A stretch of DNA of 64,000 nucleotides from a virus. Within the stretch, counting starts at the first letter, position 1; every line of letters starts with the position of its first letter. Below the pieces are notes generated by a model. It was not told the origin of the DNA and did not search any database. It saw only the letters and a program-made list of their open reading frames with translations. A program made the translations under genes and the position numbers. Location: positions 26,132-90,131 of IMG/VR virus record IMGVR_UViG_3300015050_000678; one strand, 5' to 3'. Of this stretch, positions 18,173 through 25,320 are shown piece by piece.

Positions 18173-18398
18173 AATACATACAGCTAAATTACTTTTAGCA
18201 AATAAAGAAACATTTGATCTTGAGTATTCTACAGTTTCTAAAAATGATGCTTTAGAATCTATGATTGAATTTGCTAAACTTCATGTAGAAGCTGCTTTGA
18301 AAAATTGTTTAGATAAATATCACCATTCAATAAAAGAAGGTTATGATTTTGGAAGCAGTGAAATTATGAATTCTTACCCATTAACTAATATAAAATGA
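18165..18398 (+). CDS. Hypothetical protein
   Basis: MIEFAKLHVEAAL...IMNSYPLTNIK. Confidence 0.65.
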   Translation: MPKIHTAKLLLANKETFDLEYSTVSKNDALESMIEFAKLHVEAALKNCLDKYHHSIKEGYDFGSSEIMNSYPLTNIK

Positions 18399-18580
18399 GC
18401 CAAACTAAAAAACAACAAGAAGAGGTAAAACAAGCAATGCTTCAATCTCCACCTAAAAAATATGGAAAAGATAATTATCTTTTTGATATAGCAGGTTGTC
18501 CAGGATATGAAGGGTATATACCTGAAAATTTATCTCATGAAGTGTGTAAATATTGTGGACAAATTCATTATTATCATTAA
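18395..18580 (+). CDS. Small Cys/His protein (possible Zn ribbon)
   Basis: GCPG...CKYCGQIHYYH. Confidence 0.55.
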   Translation: MSQTKKQQEEVKQAMLQSPPKKYGKDNYLFDIAGCPGYEGYIPENLSHEVCKYCGQIHYYH

Positions 18581-18596
18581 CTAATATAAAATAAAT

Positions 18597-18755
18597 ATGC
18601 CTAAAGTAGATTATGCCGATTTAGAATCAGTTACAAAGTTTTTAGATAAATTAGCAAGTGCAAAATATGCAGTTGATCCTGCTAAATGTAAAGAATTATC
18701 TAAAATGATTAAAGATAAATACACTAAAATAAAACCACACTATGATAAAGATTAA
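18597..18755 (+). CDS. Hypothetical 52-aa protein
   Basis: MPKVDYADL...PHYDKD fills the gap. Confidence 0.5.
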   Translation: MPKVDYADLESVTKFLDKLASAKYAVDPAKCKELSKMIKDKYTKIKPHYDKD

Positions 18756-18978
18756 TAAAAATATTCCAGTACCTGCTTATTTATTAGAAAAAGGTAATAA
18801 TAGTAAATATCCATTTAGATTAATGGATGTGGGTGATAGTTTTTTATACAGAAAACCAATAACAAAACAAAATTTATTATTAGCACGAGCTATTGCTAGT
18901 AAGGTTAGTAAAAACCTCAATAAAGGTTTTAAATGTGGTCAGTTTAATAATACTATAAGAATTTGGAGAACAATATGA
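18742..18978 (+). CDS. Small basic phage protein
   Basis: IKINKNIPVP...KYPFRLMDVGDSF...IRIWR. Confidence 0.65.
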   Translation: MIKINKNIPVPAYLLEKGNNSKYPFRLMDVGDSFLYRKPITKQNLLLARAIASKVSKNLNKGFKCGQFNNTIRIWRTI

Positions 18979-19736
18979 TAGGATTAATTGATGCAGATTT
19001 TATACCATACATTGTGTGTTATAATAAAGTAGGTGAACCTGAAAAAACATTGGAAGAAGCTATTAGTTCAGCTAATAGTTATCTTTCAGGTTTAATTAAT
19101 GGTACTAGTATAGATGAATTTCATTTGTATTTTACTATCGGTTCCAATTTTCGTTATCAGGTATACCCTGAATATAAAGCTAATAGAAAGAATAATGAGA
19201 AACCACCTTTCTTTAATGAAGTAAGAGAATACTTAGTTAAAGAATATAATGGTATTCATGGTTATAATCTAGAAGCAGATGATATACTTAATATTTATAA
19301 GAATAAGTATATTAAAGAACAAGTAAGTTATATTGTAATATCTACTGATAAAGATATTAATAACTTAGTTGGATTAAATTATGATATTAAAAATAATGTT
19401 GCAAGACTAGTGGATAAAAATTATGCTGAAGAATATTTTTGGAAAAGTATGATTACTGGTGATACTGCAGATAATATTAAAGGATTACCTGGTAAAGGTC
19501 CTAAATTTGCAGATAGCTTAATTAATAATCCTATAGCATTATCTCAAAAAGTAAGTAATTCTCAATTAGTATTATTTCAATATATTGAGAAATTTGGTGA
19601 AGAAGTTGGAATTGATGAATTTTATAAAAATTATAAATGTTTGAAAATAAAAGATTTTGATGAAAATGTAACATTTATAAACCCTATAAAAAGCACTGAA
19701 GTTTATGCAAAAACGCTTAATGTGGCTAGAGAATAA
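18963..19736 (+). CDS. 5'-3' exonuclease (T7 gp6/PolI N-terminal-like)
   Basis: LIDAD, YKANR, EADD, STDKD and GDTADNIKGLPGKG motifs. Confidence 0.9.
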   Translation: MENNMIGLIDADFIPYIVCYNKVGEPEKTLEEAISSANSYLSGLINGTSIDEFHLYFTIGSNFRYQVYPEYKANRKNNEKPPFFNEVREYLVKEYNGIHGYNLEADDILNIYKNKYIKEQVSYIVISTDKDINNLVGLNYDIKNNVARLVDKNYAEEYFWKSMITGDTADNIKGLPGKGPKFADSLINNPIALSQKVSNSQLVLFQYIEKFGEEVGIDEFYKNYKCLKIKDFDENVTFINPIKSTEVYAKTLNVARE

Positions 19737-20271
19737 TGGCTATACTAATGAGAATGTAGTTACTCACACAAAGACTACAAGATTTCTGATGCCATTAATT
19801 GGTATATCAGAATTTAGTTTAGAACATATAAATCCTAAACTATTAATTAATGCACATTGTGCAAGTACTGATGATAAATTAATTTATATCATTCTAAATA
19901 AATTCCACTTTCCTGAAGAAGCTGAAAGTTATTTAGAATTACAAAATTTAAATGAACATTTTATTGATTACATTGATGAAGAACAAGAGTATATTTTAAT
20001 ATATAAAATACCTCAACATTTTGAAGATGATTATATAAAAATATTAAAAGGTGATTATTCATTAACTTCTGAACATTATAAACAAGTAATGATTAGAGTA
20101 TATGGAATTACTCAACATAAAGATAACCACCAAGCTACTGTTTATGATGTATTATATCCTACAGAATTTAAACGTAAACAATTAGCTGAAAGAGTGGAAC
20201 ATGATATTACAGAAATTATAGAAGTATGTAGTAAACCAGATATGGATTATGAAATATTTAAAACCAATTGA
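19705..20271 (+). CDS. Hypothetical protein
   Basis: 188-aa ORF; KGDYS motif. Confidence 0.65.
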   Translation: MQKRLMWLENNGYTNENVVTHTKTTRFLMPLIGISEFSLEHINPKLLINAHCASTDDKLIYIILNKFHFPEEAESYLELQNLNEHFIDYIDEEQEYILIYKIPQHFEDDYIKILKGDYSLTSEHYKQVMIRVYGITQHKDNHQATVYDVLYPTEFKRKQLAERVEHDITEIIEVCSKPDMDYEIFKTN

Positions 20272-20279
20272 ACAATTAA

Positions 20280-20504
20280 TTGAAAATTATGGAACATAAA
20301 GAAAGAGTTGAAGAATTAATGTTAAGTGGTAATATGAATAAGGAAAGAATGTTTCCTATTTTAAATAAAATTGATAGGATCTGGACTGCCAATTCAGAAC
20401 TTCAATTTTGTGAACTAGTTAGATTAATTGTTTTAGATAGTAGAACAGATTTAGATTTTACTAAAAAATTAGATGAATACATAGATGAAAACAATATTAA
20501 ATAA
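20280..20504 (+). CDS. Hypothetical protein
   Basis: 74-aa ORF; the true start may be ATG 20289. Confidence 0.6.
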   Translation: MKIMEHKERVEELMLSGNMNKERMFPILNKIDRIWTANSELQFCELVRLIVLDSRTDLDFTKKLDEYIDENNIK

Positions 20505-21300
20505 TTACACAATAGATGACTTTTTAAAACTTAAACCTATTATATATGAATATTGTTGTAATCTAACTCAAAAGAAGAATTCAACAACTTGGTATAGAGA
20601 TTTTGCTGCGGCAGATGATTTATACCAAGATTTATATATAAAAGCACATACTACTTATTTTAATAAACCTAAAGAACCAATTGTGTATGAAAGATTTGTT
20701 CAACGTATGAAAAATCTTACATTTTACACACACACTAATAATTTTTATAAAAAAGGAGCTAAACTTATAAATAAAACAAATCACTTTCAAGATACTTTTA
20801 AAAGTGAATTTTTATTTGAAAGTACACATTTTGAAGAACCTTTATATTTTGAAAATATCCAGGATCATCCAGATTATGCTTTTTATATGAAGAATCTTAA
20901 ATTTAATGAAAGATTGGCTATACAATATTTTTTAAATGGTTATACTAAAACAGAAGTAGCTAAAAAGTTTAATAAGACATATCCTTTTATACCAAACATT
21001 GTTAAAAAAATTGAAAGTAATATGTTAGCTGATAAATTTTCTAAATCTATTGTAAAACCTAGTGTAAAAAAAATAATTAGAGATAAAATAGAAATAGATG
21101 ATATTTCATTTTTAAAATCTAAAATATCTAATTTTGATATTATATTTAAAAACGATAAATTTGTTAAATTATATTCATTATATTTACAAGGTTTTGATCA
21201 TAAAATAATAGCTAAGAAATTAGATAAATCAGTATCTCAAGTTAATGTTGAGATTTATAGAATCAATAAGAAAATTAAACAAGATGATAGTACAAAATAA
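20485..21300 (+). CDS. Sigma-70/ECF-like protein with two region-4-type HTHs
   Basis: Region-2-like AADDLYQDLYIK; GYTKTEVAKKFN and GFDHKIIAKKLDKSVSQVNVEIYR HTHs. Confidence 0.6.
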   Translation: MKTILNNYTIDDFLKLKPIIYEYCCNLTQKKNSTTWYRDFAAADDLYQDLYIKAHTTYFNKPKEPIVYERFVQRMKNLTFYTHTNNFYKKGAKLINKTNHFQDTFKSEFLFESTHFEEPLYFENIQDHPDYAFYMKNLKFNERLAIQYFLNGYTKTEVAKKFNKTYPFIPNIVKKIESNMLADKFSKSIVKPSVKKIIRDKIEIDDISFLKSKISNFDIIFKNDKFVKLYSLYLQGFDHKIIAKKLDKSVSQVNVEIYRINKKIKQDDSTK

Positions 21301-21664
21301 ATATGAGGCCTCGAATGGTGTTCTTAAAGAGGTGTATCATTTTGAACAAGTTAAGGATGGGTGTAAACCTACTAAACAATCAGAAGGTAAATTATTCTAT
21401 GAAATAGATTGGGAATTTATAGAAGGGATGGCCACTAGGATGGCTTTAAATAAACAAAATGGTAAATATGATGTATTTGGATGGAGAGATAATGGTGTAG
21501 ATGTTAGTGAAATGAATCAAGCTTTAGTAAGGCACTTAATTGCTATATTAAAGGGAGAATTACAAGATGATGAACAACAATATTCACATTATTATGCTTT
21601 AGCATGTAACAGTATGCTAATAGTTAACTCTTTAAAAACTCAAAATAAACATGATACTAAATAA
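21245..21664 (+). CDS. dATP/dGTP diphosphohydrolase-like (DUF5664-type) protein
   Basis: GK..Y...KY....W...ALVRH...SH...LACN pattern; the start may be ATG 21284. Confidence 0.65.
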   Translation: MLRFIESIRKLNKMIVQNKYEASNGVLKEVYHFEQVKDGCKPTKQSEGKLFYEIDWEFIEGMATRMALNKQNGKYDVFGWRDNGVDVSEMNQALVRHLIAILKGELQDDEQQYSHYYALACNSMLIVNSLKTQNKHDTK

Positions 21665-22742
21665 AATACAACAACCAATTTATGATTGGTTATTATCAAA
21701 AAATAGTTACTTAAAATGTAGTCCCAAAGTAGTAGCTAAATATTATCGTAAAAAAGTAGACGTTAAACATATAGTTATTGCTTTAGAGCAAGCTAGAATT
21801 GAAAGTAAAGCTAGAGAATCTGCTAAAAGTTTAGTTGAAAAAGTTAATAATAAAATTACATTTAAAAATATTAATAAAGATAAAATTACTCCAATTGTAG
21901 GTGTACATCGTGGATCTAAAATAAGTAAAGTTAAAATTATTAATGATTTTAAAATATCTAAACCTGTAATTAGAGGGCATCGTTATTTAACTCCTGGGAT
22001 GTATATTGTAATAGGATGTGCACATGCACCATTTCATTTACAACCTGCATTTAAAGCTGTTCAACAATTATTAAGTGATAATAAATCCGACATTGTAGGT
22101 TTAGTATTAGATGGTGATTTTTTAGACATGAATTCACTCAGCTCTCATGATAAAGGTAGAAAACCTATTCCGGGTGTTACTTTAGATTGGGAGTATAAAG
22201 AATCTGAACAATTATTAGATAGTTTATTAGATCCTTTAGCTAGTAATATAGAAAAGATCTATATATTTGGAAATCATGAGGATAGGTATCATAGATATAT
22301 GTCGGATATTGATAATTCTAAATTGGGTAGTTCATTAGAAGGACCTGTTTCAGGATTAAATTTAGTAAGTAAGGGGTTTGATATTTATGAAAATTGGAAA
22401 GAAGATTTTGTAACATTAGGTCATCATTTAGATGTTTCTCATGGAGAATTTTTCAATGTACACAGTGCTAAAAAACACATAGATACCTATAGAAGATCTA
22501 TTTTATATTATCATACTCATAGAGTACAACAATATATTGAAGGTGCTGTAGGTGGATATAATGGTGGTTCTATGGCTGATTTTACAGCTCCTGTATTTGG
22601 ATATGCATCTAGAGCTATGAAAAATAGTTGGTTAAATGGATTTAATGCTGTTCACGTAGATGAACAAGGATTCTATCATATTCAGCAAATAGTTTGCTAT
22701 AACAATAGCTTTGTATTTGGTAATAAAATTTATAAATATTAA
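21651..22742 (+). CDS. Calcineurin-like metallophosphoesterase
   Basis: GCAH, GDFLD, GNHEDR, SHG and HTHR motifs. Confidence 0.85.
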   Translation: MILNKIQQPIYDWLLSKNSYLKCSPKVVAKYYRKKVDVKHIVIALEQARIESKARESAKSLVEKVNNKITFKNINKDKITPIVGVHRGSKISKVKIINDFKISKPVIRGHRYLTPGMYIVIGCAHAPFHLQPAFKAVQQLLSDNKSDIVGLVLDGDFLDMNSLSSHDKGRKPIPGVTLDWEYKESEQLLDSLLDPLASNIEKIYIFGNHEDRYHRYMSDIDNSKLGSSLEGPVSGLNLVSKGFDIYENWKEDFVTLGHHLDVSHGEFFNVHSAKKHIDTYRRSILYYHTHRVQQYIEGAVGGYNGGSMADFTAPVFGYASRAMKNSWLNGFNAVHVDEQGFYHIQQIVCYNNSFVFGNKIYKY

Positions 22743-22745
22743 ACT

Positions 22746-23105
22746 ATGAAAGGTATAACAACAAATAAAAGATGGCCTGGTAAAATTGTAGCTCAATTTT
22801 GGGATGTAACAACTAAACATAATAAAATTATAGGTGTTTTTAACACTAAAGAAGAAGCAGTTGATGCTAGAAATAATTTTATTGAAAACTTAACTAAATA
22901 TAATGGTAAAGTATTACCTAAAATTAAAACATCACCTAAAGGTATTCGTATTAATATAGGTAAAAAGAAAACTTCTTATAGATCAGAAATATGTATTGCT
23001 CATGGTGTACATAAAATTACAACTACTACTATTTATTTAGGTAGTTTTAATACTTTACAAGAATCTGTAGATGTTCGTAAAAAATTTATTGATAAATTAT
23101 ATTAA
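22746..23105 (+). CDS. Tandem AP2-like DNA-binding protein
   Basis: Two copies of the motif: IGVFNTKEEAVDAR and YLGSFNTLQESVDVR. Confidence 0.7.
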   Translation: MKGITTNKRWPGKIVAQFWDVTTKHNKIIGVFNTKEEAVDARNNFIENLTKYNGKVLPKIKTSPKGIRINIGKKKTSYRSEICIAHGVHKITTTTIYLGSFNTLQESVDVRKKFIDKLY

Positions 23106-23113
23106 TAAACACT

Positions 23114-23230
23114 TAACAGATAAAATAAAAACAAGATCGAGTTACACAATTTATTGTGAGTTATTCTACTGACTTGCCTCTTAAATGACAAAACTGTAGG
23201 TGTGGGTTGAGCTTGAACAACCCTCTGTTA
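23114..23230 (+). promoter_or_regulatory. Candidate structured leader upstream of the DGR target gene
   Basis: TAACAGA/TCTGTTA closing stem with CACAA/TTGTG and GGGTTG/CAACCC hairpins inside. Confidence 0.4.
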
Positions 23231-23248
23231 TACTTAAAATTTAAAATA

Positions 23249-23704
23249 ATGTTTAATTTATTAAAAAGAAAGAAAATGAATATTGAAATTAATGGTGTTA
23301 AAATAACTTTAACGAAAGAACAATTGCAAGAAATTGCAAATCAAACTCAACAAGATATATTTACAGCAACTACTTATCATGAAGTTTGTAAAAGATTAAA
23401 TGAAAAAGAATTAGAATTTAAAGATTTTGCTTTTTTAAAACACGAAGATGTTAAAAAAGCATTAAATTTTGCTAGAATTAAACAATTAGAAAGATATTTT
23501 AATCAAGGGTGGATTCCAAATTGGTATGATTCTTCAGAGTATAAATATTATTTATGGTATCAATTTAAAAATAGTGGTTGGGTTTTCGATAGTGTCGACG
23601 ACCGCGGCTACGGTTCTTATGCTGAGGTTGGTTTTTATAAAAATGAAAAAATTGCAAAACATATACAAGAATATTTCAATTCAGAGTACTTAAATGTACT
23701 TTAG
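23249..23704 (+). CDS. DGR target protein with C-terminal variable repeat
   Basis: ORF track starts at TTG 23207; ATG 23249 or 23276 is more likely. Reads W.PNW.D..EYKYY.W, then the VR-encoded SGWVFDSVDDRGYGSYAEVG. Confidence 0.8.
   Translation: MFNLLKRKKMNIEINGVKITLTKEQLQEIANQTQQDIFTATTYHEVCKRLNEKELEFKDFAFLKHEDVKKALNFARIKQLERYFNQGWIPNWYDSSEYKYYLWYQFKNSGWVFDSVDDRGYGSYAEVGFYKNEKIAKHIQEYFNSEYLNVL
23572..23633 (+). repeat. DGR variable repeat (VR)
   Basis: Ungapped 62-nt match to 23725-23786 with 14 mismatches, all opposite A in the other copy. Confidence 0.9.
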
Positions 23705-23724
23705 TTTATAGTAAATAACTCTAT

Positions 23725-23786
23725 TAGTAGTTGAGTTTTCAATAGTGTCAACAACCACAACTACAATTCTAATACTGAAGTTAGTT
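23725..23786 (+). repeat. DGR template repeat (TR)
   Basis: Non-coding, AAC/AAT-rich copy (GTC AAC AAC CAC AAC TAC AAT TCT AAT) starting 20 nt after the target stop codon. Confidence 0.9.
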
Positions 23787-23802
23787 ATACTTTAAATATT
23801 AT

Positions 23803-23810
23803 TATATTTG
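23803..23810 (+). promoter_or_regulatory. Possible Bacteroidota -7 promoter element
   Basis: TATATTTG matches TAnnTTTG; the -33 element is weak. Confidence 0.3.
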
Positions 23811-23929
23811 AATAAGATTAATTAAGTAAAATATTAAATAACTATAACTATTAGTAATTATTAACTTTTAAAAAAAATAAAATGTTAGTTTAATTTTTAC
23901 AACTAATATGTTGTAGTTATTTATCAAAT

Positions 23930-24135
23930 TGAACCAACAGGCTTAATTATACTCTGCTGAAGGCCCTTGAAATAGGATTTCCAGGTAAGTTTGAGGTGAT
24001 GCCCACTAAGTTGAGTGCCTTGTATGTGACTTAAGCATAATTACAAGTAGCTATATAAGATTAGTTTTCAAACAACTGATGAATTTCAGATTGTCTAATG
24101 CTTATATTAATCCAAGGAGCTCTAGCCGCTTGGTA
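23930..24135 (+). ncRNA. Candidate ~200-nt structured non-coding RNA
   Basis: No ORF, GC-richer than flanks, at least five stems seen by eye. Confidence 0.55.
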
Positions 24136-24154
24136 ACTTTAAAATTAAATAATT

Positions 24155-24307
24155 ATGAAAGATCCTATTAAAATATGTAAATGTACTCAGTGTAGAGGAT
24201 CTAAAAGAAAAAAGAAATCTTCTATAAAGAAGTTCTTTAAAAGAATGTTAAATAAGAAAAGAAGAACGTCATCTAATGGAGATGTTACTTCTTTTTGTTA
24301 TGCTTAA
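24155..24307 (+). CDS. 50-aa highly basic peptide with CxCxxC
   Basis: MKDPIKICKCTQCRGSKRKKKSSIKKFFKRMLNKKRR... Confidence 0.55.
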   Translation: MKDPIKICKCTQCRGSKRKKKSSIKKFFKRMLNKKRRTSSNGDVTSFCYA

Positions 24308-24324
24308 ATTAAAAAATAAATATT

Positions 24325-24582
24325 ATGAGTACAGACATTAAAGTAATAGAAGGAAGTTGTCACAATGATAAAAAAGGTACTTTTCATACTGAATATAATA
24401 CAGCTAAAGTTTATTTAACTAGGTTTTATAATGGTGAAGAAAGAGGTTCTAACATACAATTAACTGTTCAACAAAATGGTGAATATGGTACTAGTTATAT
24501 ACATTTAAATAAAGAACAAGTAGAAGAATTAGGAAAAACATTATTAGAATGTTTTGATTATGATAAATATCCAAGTGAATAA
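24325..24582 (+). CDS. Hypothetical protein
   Basis: 85-aa ORF. Confidence 0.65.
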   Translation: MSTDIKVIEGSCHNDKKGTFHTEYNTAKVYLTRFYNGEERGSNIQLTVQQNGEYGTSYIHLNKEQVEELGKTLLECFDYDKYPSE

Positions 24583-24601
24583 ATAACTAAAAAATAAACT
24601 T

Positions 24602-24847
24602 ATGAGTAATAAAATAATTTTAATATGTAATAATATTAAACCCTTTCCTATTAATGAAATAGGACCCAAATTACAATTAGATAAAGAATATACATTAGAA
24701 ACTATATTTTTGTGTGGTTGTGGTGAAAAACATTATGATGTTGGATTAGAAAATGACATTAATTTTGTAGAATGTTACAAATGTAGAGAAAAATTACCAT
24801 CAGATATTAGATGGTGTCACTCAAGTAGATTTACAACTAAAAATTAA
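24602..24847 (+). CDS. Small Cys-rich protein
   Basis: CGCGEKH...CYKC...WCHSSRF. Confidence 0.65.
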   Translation: MSNKIILICNNIKPFPINEIGPKLQLDKEYTLETIFLCGCGEKHYDVGLENDINFVECYKCREKLPSDIRWCHSSRFTTKN

Positions 24848-24851
24848 TATT

Positions 24852-25073
24852 TTGGCGGATATAACAAAATGTAATAACAAGAACTGTACATTAAGAAATG
24901 AATGTTACAGATTTACAGCACCAATAAATGAATTTAGACAATCTTATTTTGCTGAAACACCTAAACAAATAGAAGGTAATTGCAGTGAATTTTGGAATAA
25001 TAAAGGATATGCTGCTAATGATAAAACTTTAGAAACAATTAATAAACTAATTAAAAAGAAGTTAAATGGATAG
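24852..25073 (+). CDS. Small Cys-rich phage protein
   Basis: ADITKC....C.LR..CYRFTA; TTG start. Confidence 0.65.
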   Translation: MADITKCNNKNCTLRNECYRFTAPINEFRQSYFAETPKQIEGNCSEFWNNKGYAANDKTLETINKLIKKKLNG

Positions 25074-25251
25074 ACAAGAAGGATATTATTGGGTTAAAAG
25101 ATTTAATAGAACAAAACATGAAATAGCTTATTATTGGCTTGGAATACCAAATCCTTGGACATTAAATGGTTATACCGCACATTTTACTAAATCAGATTTT
25201 GAACATATTAATGAAGTAAGAATTAAACAACCTGGTGAATTACCAGATTAA
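25066..25251 (+). CDS. Hypothetical protein
   Basis: RQEGYYWVK; last gene of the + arm. Confidence 0.65.
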   Translation: MDRQEGYYWVKRFNRTKHEIAYYWLGIPNPWTLNGYTAHFTKSDFEHINEVRIKQPGELPD

Positions 25252-25259
25252 ATTAAATT

Positions 25260-25295
25260 AAAGTCCCCTAGAGTTTTTCTAGAGGACTTTTTTTT
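25260..25295. terminator. Intrinsic terminator between the convergent arms
   Basis: AAGTCC-c-CTAGA / TCTAG-a-GGACTT stem followed by a T run; A-rich on the other side. Confidence 0.8.
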
Positions 25296-25320
25296 ATTCA
25301 CCGCAATATGAATTAATATT

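Noticed and set aside
18376-18592. 18-bp direct repeat CATTAACTAATATAAAAT flanking the 61-aa gene
   Set aside because: Could mark a small gene insertion, but it is short, very AT-rich and also explicable as a reused initiation region; not enough to call.
23950-24100. Hammerhead ribozyme (CTGATGA at 24076; CTGCTGA..GAAA near 23954)
   Set aside because: No correctly placed GAAA/stem II/stem III arrangement. CTGA pairs with TCAG in a simple hairpin instead.
23106-24154. tRNA, tmRNA or preQ1 riboswitch in the intergenic regions
   Set aside because: No cloverleaf with T-loop GTTC and acceptor stem, and no convincing riboswitch consensus, found by eye.
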